From assembly GCA_029555385.1 (NCBI GenBank), contig JAKPSH010000212.1, forward strand, positions 1,151 through 65,150: a DNA stretch of 64,000 bases, written 5' to 3'. Source of the DNA: Pseudomonadota bacterium (GTDB lineage: Bacteria > Bdellovibrionota_C > UBA2361 > SZUA-149). The position numbers were made by a program, and so were the translations under genes. How positions within the stretch are numbered: the first letter of the stretch is position 1; each line of letters begins with the position of its first letter. The notes under the pieces are model-generated. The model was not told the DNA's origin. It did not search any database and saw only the letters and a list, made by a program, of their open reading frames with translations. Of the stretch, positions 19,340 through 28,968 are shown one piece after another.

Positions 19340-19840
19340 CTATGATTCCAGCTTGCTCAGTGCTTCCTGAATCTCGCGTTTAATTTCGTCAACGCTGAAG
19401 GTCGATACGTTTTTCAATTGTTTTTCTAAAGATTCGAGCTGCCTCCAATACTGTTCAGTAATTGTGACTATCGGTCGCCGTTGCGAAACGAGGTGCCAGC
19501 TTTCTCTTAACGTCAAACCATGTACGAAAGTTAGATAGGCAACAACCACAGTGGTCGAACGATTTTGCCCGCTTCGGCAGTGAACAAGCACCTTACCATG
19601 GTTCTCGCGCGCTTTTTCGATGAAATTAAAGCAAGCGGGCAGAACCTTACGTAAGTCGGTATCGCCATAATCAGACATGGAAACGTGGAGCGAGGCAATA
19701 ACCTTGTTCTCCTCAAATCTCATAGAATCCTTTACGTTCAAGATATGCGTGATCCCGAGCACATGGTTTTTCCGTTCGCGGAGGGAATCTCCATAACTTC
19801 CTTGGTAGAGAAATTCGAGAATTTGAGTAGCGTTGGACAC
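19340..19840 (-). CDS. dual-specificity (Tyr/Ser/Thr) protein phosphatase, eukaryotic DUSP-like
   Basis: Perfect CX5R P-loop VLVHCRSGQNRSTTVVVAYL (HCxxGxxRS); 166 aa; low-GC context. Confidence 0.8.
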   Translation of the reverse strand: MSNATQILEFLYQGSYGDSLRERKNHVLGITHILNVKDSMRFEENKVIASLHVSMSDYGDTDLRKVLPACFNFIEKARENHGKVLVHCRSGQNRSTTVVVAYLTFVHGLTLRESWHLVSQRRPIVTITEQYWRQLESLEKQLKNVSTFSVDEIKREIQEALSKLES

Positions 19841-20377
19841 ATAAATGTTATCGTCATAACGTTTGTGATGCTATACCCAATTTCCTTCCTACATCTCCAG
19901 AGCACATAACCCCTTCTCTGTCCAAATTATGAAGAGGCTGTCGCCTCGCGGTCGCCGCCACTGTTTTCGGGAGGTACGCAACAAACACGCAGAAAGTACG
20001 ATGATCATCTAAGAGCCTGGCGGCAGGCAGACTGACAACCAACTGGAAAAACGACAATGAAGGCAGTAAGTAAACGAGAACTGAATATCTTGCATTGAAG
20101 AATCAAAGCTTGCGGAGCTGCTGAGTATGTCGTGATAACGCCCAGAGCGATGCTGCCGGGTGCTGAAGGCATGCCCATATTGCGCCGGCGGGGCCGAGGG
20201 GCGGGCCGGCTGGTGGAAATGCGCTTGCCTGGCCGCAGCTTGTTCAGCCCGGCAGCGTCTGCTGCAAGCGCAGTTCTGCAAGCCGGCGGCGGCGCGCCTT
20301 CGGCATCCGGCAGCATCGCGCTGGGTGAAGCCAATGGACCTTACAGCAAAGACAATATTTAGTCGCTTATTTCGTGG

Positions 20378-20902
20378 CTAATCTTCGGGCAGCACGGAGA
20401 CAAAGGCGCTGTCTTGCGCGGTAAACTGCGGCTGCTCCGGATCGAAATTTTCGCCCACAGCAACATCGGCATCCACCGCAAACTCGACATCCTCCGCCGC
20501 ATCGTTTGCCGTCAACTCCAGCGTTATTTCACCTGCGCCGCCGCCTGGCTCAAGCAGTCTGGCGTTAAAATAAAACACAAGATAGCGTTCATCGCTGTGC
20601 GCCGCCTGCAAATCAAGCCCTGGAGCCACCGGCAGGGAAGTCTCATCAAGGAAAAGCTGCGCGCTGTTTTGCACATATGAGAACTGGCGCGGATAACGCA
20701 GCTTAAGCTCGATAAGATTGTCTCCCTCACTTTCCACGGAGATCCGCACCATCACCCGGTCTCCCGTATCAAGCTCCTCAGGCTCGACTTCAAGCCCGAC
20801 CGACGGTCGGCCAGCCTCGCTGCTGCTGCTATCCGAATCATCCGAACCGCAGCCAAAAAGGGCAAGGATCACAGCAAGCAATGCAAAACATATTTTTTTC
20901 AT
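20378..20902 (-). CDS. lipoprotein, hypothetical
   Basis: Signal peptide with lipobox LFGC|G followed by Ser/Asp-rich linker. Confidence 0.55.
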   Translation of the reverse strand: MKKICFALLAVILALFGCGSDDSDSSSSEAGRPSVGLEVEPEELDTGDRVMVRISVESEGDNLIELKLRYPRQFSYVQNSAQLFLDETSLPVAPGLDLQAAHSDERYLVFYFNARLLEPGGGAGEITLELTANDAAEDVEFAVDADVAVGENFDPEQPQFTAQDSAFVSVLPED

Positions 20903-20996
20903 AAGCGCTCAATCCGTTCCTCAAGATAACCCGGCGCATTGGGGCTATTATCATTCCCGTATTTCAAGCTGACAATCCGGAATGTCATCAACACGG

Positions 20997-22817
20997 TTAA
21001 TAAATAGAAACAAAAATCGTATTACTACGGTAATCCCCGGCGAATGCGGAGAGTGGCGCAATAAAACGCACCCTTGTGCCGCCAAAACACATACTCTGCT
21101 CGAGCTCACTATCCACAGCGCTGCGCCCCTCAGACCATAACGGCGCCAACTCTATAAAATCCAGCCGATGAGATGCGCGCAAATCAATGACCAGACCCTC
21201 AAGACCGTCAATCAAGCGGACACCATAAAGCCCTCCCGGGTGAAAAGCTGAATCTAAGAGCCACGATTGCGTCAAAGCTAGAACGCGTTCGGACTCACCG
21301 CCGACACATAGCAGAGGCCGCGCACTCATTACACGCGGATCCCCGGAGGGCAGCATCATCGTCCACTCAACTCCAACAAACATGTCCGCTGCCGCAGGCA
21401 CGTCACTTTCCAGCCAATATTCGAGAGAAAAACCGGTCGTGGCATTTGCCTGATGGGCACCTAGTCCAGCACGGACGGTAAAATCTTTATACAAGCTGCC
21501 CGTCCACTCCCGCCGAGCGCCGGATGCACCAGCCTCCAGCTTCTCGACAAAACGCACTTTCAGCAAATCAGGACTCTTGCGGATCAGCCGTACCGAAGAA
21601 AAACTAAACTCACCGCCCAACTGAGTAAAACCGCCCCCAGCCTCACGGGTAAGCAGCTTGCCGCAAAACGCCGGGACACTGTTTGCTGTACGAGCTTCGC
21701 AATTGAGCAGATTAAGCTTGCGCGGCTTGTAATCGTACTCAACCAGCGCACCGCCCAAAGAATGGGCAAAATATAACCGCTGAAACGGATTATCCACCAC
21801 CGTCTCTTCGCCCCCATCAGCACGCGGCACCGCGGCAAGGTCCACCCATCCATCCACCGGGTCCGTCTCCGGGCGCCAAATCTTGTCCACAGCAACTTGC
21901 GCTTCAAGAAGCGCCCCATAGCCGTCGCGCAAAAATCGCTGCCGTAAAAAAGCGGGGTCGTGCTGCCGGTGAAAAAAACGGCCCTCCAGAGCGGAAAGAA
22001 AGTGCTTGCTTGCTTGCGCAAGCCGCTGCTTATTTTCGAAAAAATGTGGTCTTTCGGCGATATATCCGGGCAGCGGCGCAAGAATGCCGCGCATCTCTGC
22101 CGCACGTTCGGCCAGACGCGCAGCGCCGCTGCAATACTCATGCGCGCTTAATGCAGGCACAGATGCACGAGCCGCATCTTCTTCCGGACAGCACTTCCAC
22201 GAAGCAAGCCGCTGGCGAAAGAGCTCTTGCGCCGCACCGGCGCAAAAAACGGTTTCGCTCAGCCGTTCACCTGAAATCAGGCAAACCGGAAGGTGCGGCA
22301 TATTTTCACAGACGAGATCATCGGCGTCTTGCCGCATGCTGGCTGCGCAAACAATGCCCAGCCCCGTGCTTGGTGTGTCTGATGCGCTTAACAACTCCTG
22401 CAACCCCAAGGACCGGGCGGCATCAACGATCGAACGACTCACACATTGCGGCCAGATCCATGCGGTCTGCCGGGATTTGATATTGTAGGGCAGCCAAAAC
22501 GCCTCACTCAGACGGAATAAGTCACACCAGTCTTCTTCAACAGCAAGCCGCGCACTGGCCACGTAAAAGGGGGATGCCAACAGCTCGATGCGCCCAGCAT
22601 CGGCCAGCTCGATAATGCGCGAAAGCAACGCGGGATTCTCTTGCGCTAAATACTCGAGGAAGACTCCCGCAAAGGCGGTCCAGGCTTTTGGCGCTCTCGC
22701 TTGCGCCAGGACTTCCAGCGCACCCGACAGCATCAGTCCCAAGGTTTCAAGGCCCAGACCCCAGCCCTTGGGGCCAGACTCAGAGAAGCTCAAGATTACA
22801 GTTTGATTCGTGTCCAC
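20997..22817 (-). CDS. glycoside-hydrolase-family-57-like protein (possibly non-catalytic)
   Basis: GRIELLASPFYVAS resembles GH57 region II (G-x-[LIV]-E-[LIV]… Y-H) and EAFWLPYN resembles region III (WxPExA) but with His->Val and nucleophile Glu->Tyr; 606 aa; near glgP. Confidence 0.35.
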   Translation of the reverse strand: MDTNQTVILSFSESGPKGWGLGLETLGLMLSGALEVLAQARAPKAWTAFAGVFLEYLAQENPALLSRIIELADAGRIELLASPFYVASARLAVEEDWCDLFRLSEAFWLPYNIKSRQTAWIWPQCVSRSIVDAARSLGLQELLSASDTPSTGLGIVCAASMRQDADDLVCENMPHLPVCLISGERLSETVFCAGAAQELFRQRLASWKCCPEEDAARASVPALSAHEYCSGAARLAERAAEMRGILAPLPGYIAERPHFFENKQRLAQASKHFLSALEGRFFHRQHDPAFLRQRFLRDGYGALLEAQVAVDKIWRPETDPVDGWVDLAAVPRADGGEETVVDNPFQRLYFAHSLGGALVEYDYKPRKLNLLNCEARTANSVPAFCGKLLTREAGGGFTQLGGEFSFSSVRLIRKSPDLLKVRFVEKLEAGASGARREWTGSLYKDFTVRAGLGAHQANATTGFSLEYWLESDVPAAADMFVGVEWTMMLPSGDPRVMSARPLLCVGGESERVLALTQSWLLDSAFHPGGLYGVRLIDGLEGLVIDLRASHRLDFIELAPLWSEGRSAVDSELEQSMCFGGTRVRFIAPLSAFAGDYRSNTIFVSIY

Positions 22818-22897
22818 CTAATTGCCCGTTTCAATTCACAAACATCATGAAATATTTGCCTAATTGAAGCAAGAAGACTGTCCATGCCGATATATGA

Positions 22898-23197
22898 ATG
22901 ATGAAAGGCCGGATAAAGTTTTTTTATGGATTGACCATTGCCGCAAGCTGCCTATGCAGCCGGCCCGGATACGCCGCGGCTGATGAATTAGATCGGGTTA
23001 TCGACTTTCTGGTCGCCAGCCGGGAAGCAGAAGCAACCGCGCTCGTGCCTTCTGATACAAAAAAACCGGTGGAACTTAAGAACGCACCGCTTAAGGAAGA
23101 TCAAACATTTGCTGAAGTTGTCGTCTTATCCGACGGTTTGCAGCGCACACCACACAAGACGAAACATCCGGGCGCAGAAAAAGCCAAAAAACAGTAA
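22898..23197 (+). CDS. small secreted protein, hypothetical
   Basis: 99-aa ORF with N-terminal signal peptide (…CSRPGYAAAD). Confidence 0.4.
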   Translation: MMKGRIKFFYGLTIAASCLCSRPGYAAADELDRVIDFLVASREAEATALVPSDTKKPVELKNAPLKEDQTFAEVVVLSDGLQRTPHKTKHPGAEKAKKQ

Positions 23198-23206
23198 CCA
23201 CGCGCG

Positions 23207-24058
23207 CTATCTTTTTCTTTTCTTTTTTCGCTTTGCCCCGGTCACTTTCTGGTAGCCGTCACCATCCTCGTAAGACGCGATTTCTTTGACCACCGCGCGT
23301 TTTTGCTCCTGACCGGTAAAATCGACACTGGTCTCAACAATATTCAAACGGTCTTTCTCGATGCTCACCACGACACCGTTGGCATTGCCGATTTTGGTTC
23401 CTTGCCGCACGGGATATCCACGGCCTGTTTCATCTTCAACAATGGCCGTATAGTTGCCGTTTTGATCAGACACGATCGCCGTCACTTCAAGCTGTCCCAG
23501 CTCATAGCGTTCCAGGGGCGGAATGGATTCATCGACCAAGCTGGCGCCGGAAAAATCAAACGGCAGGAACGGATCGCGCTTGCCCGATGCGTCGTACATG
23601 AAATCTTCAATCTGCATCGTGTTCGGATTAACAAAAACTTCATCGAGGGCCGTCTCGTCAGCTTCCTGCTCCGTCTTCTCCTGCTTCGCGGCCGCAACCG
23701 CGGAGCTTAAGCTCTTACCCGTTACTTCTTCGCCCAATTTATAGGAATTGCCCTCGCGCAGATAAGCAAATGGTCGCTTGGTCGCCGGATCGAGCGGGAT
23801 TGACTCAAAATAATCCGGCACCAAAACGGCCAGATCGTCCGGCGGAGCACCAAAGTTGGCAATATAATCAGTAATCGCCAGTTGCAGCCGCAGCAGCTGT
23901 TCGCGTTCCGGTGCGAGCTTCTGCGTCGCCTTGACCTGCGCCAGCCCGTCTTCGACTATTTGTTTGGAGCTCATCGGAGCAGTAGCGAACTGGTGATAGG
24001 CGATATAGCCCAACAAGCCGATGACGCAGATACCAACGATAAACTTTAGCAGTGCCAT
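23207..24058 (-). CDS. membrane-anchored PilP-like protein (type IV pilus/secretin-associated fold)
   Basis: N-terminal TM helix; C-terminal region with RDPF motif and beta-rich segment LEVTAIVSDQNGNYTAIVEDETGRGYPVRQGTKIG as in PilP; no pilMNOQ nearby. Confidence 0.35.
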   Translation of the reverse strand: MALLKFIVGICVIGLLGYIAYHQFATAPMSSKQIVEDGLAQVKATQKLAPEREQLLRLQLAITDYIANFGAPPDDLAVLVPDYFESIPLDPATKRPFAYLREGNSYKLGEEVTGKSLSSAVAAAKQEKTEQEADETALDEVFVNPNTMQIEDFMYDASGKRDPFLPFDFSGASLVDESIPPLERYELGQLEVTAIVSDQNGNYTAIVEDETGRGYPVRQGTKIGNANGVVVSIEKDRLNIVETSVDFTGQEQKRAVVKEIASYEDGDGYQKVTGAKRKKKRKR

Positions 24059-24166
24059 GCTCTACCGTGACTTTGCACTTCTGACTCAGAAGAAGAATAA
24101 AACATTTGATGATCAACAGCTCATAACTATGACTGATTTTCAATCCGAGACAAGCTGTTTTCTCTG

Positions 24167-24439
24167 TCAAACTGCTTCCGGGTCGCCCAGAACCGCCGTT
24201 TCGAACGATTCCTCTATTAACATTATCGGAATGTCTTCCCGGACGGGATAAATCACTTTCCTGTCGCGGCGTATCAGCGCCGCACTGAGCAGGGCGCTCA
24301 TAGCTGAGCCAGAACGTGTAATGACAAGTCCATCACTAATCTTCCGATTAATTCGCTCAACATCCATTGGCTCCATCAATTCAAGTTCTTGATGCGTCTC
24401 CGGACAAACAAGCAGACTCAGCAAACCCTGGGAAATCAT
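24167..24439 (-). CDS. Trm112/YcaR-family small protein
   Basis: LLSLLVCP…YPVREDIPIML pattern of UPF0434/Trm112; start moved to MISQGL. Confidence 0.6.
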   Translation of the reverse strand: MISQGLLSLLVCPETHQELELMEPMDVERINRKISDGLVITRSGSAMSALLSAALIRRDRKVIYPVREDIPIMLIEESFETAVLGDPEAV

Positions 24440-24707
24440 CGGATACCTCACGACATTAAGAGGAGGAGCCAACGGAAAACGTGTTTCTAACAGTTTTTTG
24501 ATTTCACCGCAAAACGGGCGCTAATCGCGTTAGTGCAAAAAAGTACAGCCGATCAGAGCATAATGACGCATTATCACATTGCTTAGGCGCTCAGGCATTG
24601 TGTAAGATTTCTCCTCCGGGAACGCCAGACTACGGGGTAGCGTGTGCTTGACGATGAAGTTACTAATGTGAACTGCTTTTTCCGTAAACTCTCCGGGCTC
24701 TTAAATA

Positions 24708-25175
24708 GTGATTCCTAAGCTGTATAATGCAACAATCCTGCTCGCGTTCATTTTCTCCGGCTGCTCGGAGTATTGGTGGACAAGAGGACAAGTAAAATCT
24801 TCGCACGCTATTGTTCGTGCAGCTCAAGCGCGTTTGAGTGCACAGGCTGCCAGCGCACCGGGTGAATTGAGCTCGTGCGCGTTTGCGCTCCAGCACAGCG
24901 TACTTGATGCGATGAATTCAAACTCGATGCGCAGCAGCAAGGCAGCAGAACATGAAAGGCTGGCCGCGATCGAACATGACACGCTTTGCGTTTCTTCTCT
25001 TTTGTCTCCGGGGGCGCAGCCCGCTTTTGCTGAACTGCGCGCCCAGCTGCTTGAGTTTTCCGCGTTAGCCGCGCAAGGCAAGGAAATCAATAGTGCGGGA
25101 TTTGACGTCTGGACAGCCCGCATGCTTTTGCTGCTTGCGGCCGAGCTTGAATCCAGGCAGAACAGCGCAGGATGA
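24708..25175 (+). CDS. lipoprotein, hypothetical
   Basis: Signal peptide with lipobox FSGC|S; 155 aa. Confidence 0.5.
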   Translation: MIPKLYNATILLAFIFSGCSEYWWTRGQVKSSHAIVRAAQARLSAQAASAPGELSSCAFALQHSVLDAMNSNSMRSSKAAEHERLAAIEHDTLCVSSLLSPGAQPAFAELRAQLLEFSALAAQGKEINSAGFDVWTARMLLLLAAELESRQNSAG

Positions 25176-25196
25176 TCGCTTAATCATTAGTATATA

Positions 25197-27770
25197 TTGG
25201 AATACCATATGCCGAAAGTTCAACCATTTACCGTAACTGCGCACTTGCCGGCTGAGCTGCAGCCGCTCCGGGACATGGCGCACAATCTCTGGTGGACTTG
25301 GAATCACGCGGCGCGCAATCTCTTCGTGCGCATCTCAAAAGAGAGGTCGCTCAAAGCACGGGTAAATCCGATTGAGTTGATTAACTCACTTTCGTCCCAG
25401 GAGATAGCGACGCTGGTTAAAGACAAAGGCTTCCTGGCGCAGCTTGATGCGATCTCGCGCAGCTATCAAATGTACAAGGAAAGCCGCACTTGGTGGACCA
25501 GTGAAATCGACGGCGACGCCGATCTAATGATTGCTTACTTCTCGCTGGAGTATGGCCTGCATGAATCGCTGCTCATTTATTCCGGCGGCTTAGGCGTACT
25601 TGCCGGAGACCATTTGAAAGCAGCAAGCGATCTAGGAGTGCCGCTCGTTGCCGTAGGTCTGCTTTATTACGAAGGATATTTCTCACAGTACCTCAACGCT
25701 GACGGCTGGCAGCAGGAATCATATCCGCGAATCAGCATGGATCGCCAACCCGTGCAGCCCGTGTTGGGTCCGGATGGCAAGCCTGTTTCAACAACGATTA
25801 GCATCAACGGCGTTCCGGTAGTGGTCAAAGCATGGCGGGTCGATGTCGGCCAGGTTCCGCTGTTTTTGCTCGACACCAATGTTGAGGAAAACCCGCTGAC
25901 GATGCGCGCGATTACTTCCCGGCTCTATGGCGGCGATACGCACTCGCGTATCCAGCAGGAAATTGTTCTGGGCATGGCGGGGTATAAGCTTCTCAAGGCA
26001 CTCGGCTACAGTCCCTCCGCTTATCATATGAACGAAGGTCATTCAGCATTTCTTGCCATCGCGCAGATTAAAGATCTCGTCGCGAACCATGGTCTTTCTT
26101 TCGAGGAAGCGCTGACCGGAGTGCAGCATTCTAACCTTTTCACCACACATACACCGGTCCCGGCGGGCAACGACGTGTTCCCGCGGGAAATGATCGATCA
26201 GTATTTCGCACAAGATGCGCGGGACATAGGCATCCGGATGGAGACACTGCTCAATCTGGGGCGGGTCCAGGAAAACGATCCGCACGAGCCTTTTTCCATG
26301 ACGGTACTGGCGCTGAAGTGCTCCAAAACAGCAAACGGCGTAAGCAAGCTGCACGGGCACGTCTCGCGCAAGCTCTGGCACAGGCTCTGGCCCGGCCTCC
26401 CTCTTGATGAAAGCCCGATCAAATCAATAACCAACGGCATTCATACGGCAACATTCACCGCACGAGACATGGCGGACTTGTATGACCGCTATCTCGGCCC
26501 CGCCTGGAGAAACCAGACGGCGGCGCCGGAAACTTGGGACGGAGTCGACATGATTCCTGATGAGGAGCTCTGGCGCATCCGCTGCCGCAACCGTTCGCTG
26601 CTTGTCACTTACTGCCGCGACCGTTTGCGTGACCAGCTTCTGCGCCGCGGCGCAGGGCGCATGGAACTCGAAGATGCGGCTAACGAACTTAGCCCGGACG
26701 CCCTGACCATCGGGTTTGCCCGGCGTTTCGCGACGTACAAGCGCGCGACGCTGCTGCTGCACGATATCGATCGCCTGGCAAAAATCCTGAGCAATCCGGA
26801 ACGTCCGGTGCAGTTTCTTTTCTCTGGCAAGGCGCACCCGGCGGACAATCTGGGCAAAGAGCTTATCCTGCGGCTGGTTCATGCGCGCCGCCGTCCAGAA
26901 CTAAGAGGCAAGATTGTTTTTATTGAAGACTATGACATGAATGTCGCCCGCCGTTTGGTGCAGGGAGTTGACGTCTGGCTGAACAATCCGCGCCGGCCCC
27001 TGGAAGCTTGTGGTACGAGCGGGATGAAAGCCGCGGTAAACGGCGCGCTGAATATGAGCGTTCTCGACGGCTGGTGGTACGAGGCGTTCGACGGCTCCAA
27101 CGGGTGGAGTATCGGTCAGGGTGAAGAGTACGACGACAGCGGCTATCAGGACGAGGTAGAAAGTCGTTCAATTTACGATCTGCTCGAGCGCGAAATTATT
27201 CCCACCTTTTACGACCGGACGCCCCGGGGGGTGCCGGTCGATTGGGTGAAGCTGATGAAGCAGTCAATTCGCTCGATCGCGCCGCATTTTAGCGCTGCGC
27301 GCATGGTCGGTGATTATTGCCGCGAATGTTATGGACCAATCGCCAAAGACTACCGAGCAGTCGTTGCGGCGCAGTTTCGTCCGGTGCGCGAAGCGCGGGC
27401 GAAGACTGAACAATTCCGCAAGCACTGGGGAGAACTGCGCATTCTCAGCGTGGAAACGCAAAAAGCGGAGCAAATACCAATAGGCAAAAGTTTGCCGCTG
27501 AAGGTGGTTGTCCATTTGGGACCATTCACACCGGAAGAAGTTGCAGTGCAAGTGCGCTACGGCACACTTGACGTAACCAATCAAATCCATGGCGCGCACC
27601 TCTACCGGATGCTGCGCGGCCAGCCAGGCGCTGAACCGGGAGTTTACGTGTTTGAAGGCGAACTGGCGAGTGAGCGGGCGGGAACTTTCGGCTTTTCCGT
27701 GCGTCTGATCCCGGTGCTCCACTCCGCGCCGCATCCGGCGATTCCGGGGCTGATTACTTGGTGGGAATAG
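25197..27770 (+). CDS. glgP: alpha-glucan (glycogen/maltodextrin) phosphorylase, GT35, DUF3417-type
   Basis: 857 aa; DUF3417 N-terminus (…TWNHAARNLF…), phosphorylase core with PLP-lysine region GKAHPADN…; start may be ATG 25209. Confidence 0.9.
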   Translation: MEYHMPKVQPFTVTAHLPAELQPLRDMAHNLWWTWNHAARNLFVRISKERSLKARVNPIELINSLSSQEIATLVKDKGFLAQLDAISRSYQMYKESRTWWTSEIDGDADLMIAYFSLEYGLHESLLIYSGGLGVLAGDHLKAASDLGVPLVAVGLLYYEGYFSQYLNADGWQQESYPRISMDRQPVQPVLGPDGKPVSTTISINGVPVVVKAWRVDVGQVPLFLLDTNVEENPLTMRAITSRLYGGDTHSRIQQEIVLGMAGYKLLKALGYSPSAYHMNEGHSAFLAIAQIKDLVANHGLSFEEALTGVQHSNLFTTHTPVPAGNDVFPREMIDQYFAQDARDIGIRMETLLNLGRVQENDPHEPFSMTVLALKCSKTANGVSKLHGHVSRKLWHRLWPGLPLDESPIKSITNGIHTATFTARDMADLYDRYLGPAWRNQTAAPETWDGVDMIPDEELWRIRCRNRSLLVTYCRDRLRDQLLRRGAGRMELEDAANELSPDALTIGFARRFATYKRATLLLHDIDRLAKILSNPERPVQFLFSGKAHPADNLGKELILRLVHARRRPELRGKIVFIEDYDMNVARRLVQGVDVWLNNPRRPLEACGTSGMKAAVNGALNMSVLDGWWYEAFDGSNGWSIGQGEEYDDSGYQDEVESRSIYDLLEREIIPTFYDRTPRGVPVDWVKLMKQSIRSIAPHFSAARMVGDYCRECYGPIAKDYRAVVAAQFRPVREARAKTEQFRKHWGELRILSVETQKAEQIPIGKSLPLKVVVHLGPFTPEEVAVQVRYGTLDVTNQIHGAHLYRMLRGQPGAEPGVYVFEGELASERAGTFGFSVRLIPVLHSAPHPAIPGLITWWE

Positions 27771-27777
27771 CGCCGCT

Positions 27778-28917
27778 GTGGGATTTCTCGCTGGCGAAAA
27801 CCTTCAGCCTAACCGGCTGGAAGCAGAATACCGCAGACTGAGGCAAAGCAGCGCGGAAATTGTCGATTTAACCTGCTCCAACGCCACAGCGCACGGTCTG
27901 CTTTTTCCGGCCTCAATTCTGGAGCAAGCCGCACAACGCTATTTTTCTGCACGACGTTACGAGCCTGATGCACAGGGACTGCTTTGCGCGCGTCAAGCGG
28001 TCGCTTCGTATTATAGCTGCCGCGAGCCCGCGCTCGATATCCGGCCGGAGCAGGTGGTCATCACGGCGGGCACATCAGAATCTTATGCACTGCTTTTTTC
28101 CCTGCTCTGCGACCCCGGGGACGATATCCTCGGCCCGCAGATAACATACCCGCTTTTTGAAATGTTCGCAGCGCACGCACGCGTTAATTACCGGCACTAT
28201 CAGTCTGCACCGCAAGAGGGCATCGACGGAGCAAGTTTCGAGCAGATTTTTTCCCCCCGGGCAAAAGCCGTTCTTTTTGTTTCACCGCACAACCCTACGG
28301 GATGTGTGGTAGAACGTGCTTCGTCTGCCGTGCAGCAAACAGGGATCGCCGTAATTTGCGATGAAGTATTTGCTGATTTCCCCTGCCGTCTTCGCGCAGT
28401 CCCGCCGGTTTCCTTGTTTTATACCGAGCAGCCGGTCTTTCTTCTAAACGGCATCTCCAAGATGTGCGCCTTGCCGGACCTTAAGCTGGGCTGGATTGCC
28501 ATGAACGGACCCGCATGCGAGCGCTTCGGCGAGCGTCTGGCAATGCTTAACGATTGTTTTTTGAGTGCAAGCACGCTGACGCAGTCGATGCTGCCGGAGA
28601 TTATCAGCGAAAGCAGAGATTTTCGCGCCGGACTTCGCGCCCATGTCCGGGAGAATATCGGCTATGCGCTCGGGCGGCTTGCAGAAAACAGCTTAATTGA
28701 TACTCCGCTGCCCGATGGCGGGACATTTCTTTTCCCGTCAATTAATGCTGCCATTGATGAAGAAGACCTGGCGGTAGAGCTTGTTCGCGCCGGGCTTTAT
28801 GTCCATCCCGGCTACTTTTACGGCGCTGAGACCGGGGTGCATTTGATGATTAGCTGTATCCCTAAGCGGGAAGTCCTCTCGCGCGGACTCGATATTCTGC
28901 TGGCAACGCTGCGCTAA
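27778..28917 (+). CDS. pyridoxal-phosphate-dependent aminotransferase, class I/II
   Basis: N-terminal …IVDLTCSNATAHGLLFP…, PLP-lysine motif NGISKMCALPDLKLGW; GTG start 8 nt after glgP stop. Confidence 0.75.
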   Translation: MGFLAGENLQPNRLEAEYRRLRQSSAEIVDLTCSNATAHGLLFPASILEQAAQRYFSARRYEPDAQGLLCARQAVASYYSCREPALDIRPEQVVITAGTSESYALLFSLLCDPGDDILGPQITYPLFEMFAAHARVNYRHYQSAPQEGIDGASFEQIFSPRAKAVLFVSPHNPTGCVVERASSAVQQTGIAVICDEVFADFPCRLRAVPPVSLFYTEQPVFLLNGISKMCALPDLKLGWIAMNGPACERFGERLAMLNDCFLSASTLTQSMLPEIISESRDFRAGLRAHVRENIGYALGRLAENSLIDTPLPDGGTFLFPSINAAIDEEDLAVELVRAGLYVHPGYFYGAETGVHLMISCIPKREVLSRGLDILLATLR

Positions 28918-28968
28918 AACAATCGTTATCCCAATTACTGGGATTGTTCTTACACTGATCAGAGTCCA

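Noticed and set aside
21584-22488. Several 150-185-aa ORFs on both strands (21584-22141 -, 22006-22488 +, 22010-22480 +)
   Set aside because: Nested within the 606-aa GH57-like gene; Arg/Ala/Ser-rich translations with no RBS; shadow ORFs.
24720-24727. Extended -10-like TGTATAAT
   Set aside because: Falls inside the lipoprotein CDS, 12 nt after its ATG (codons L-Y-N), with no good -35; the signal-peptide/lipobox strongly supports the upstream start, so this is treated as coincidental.
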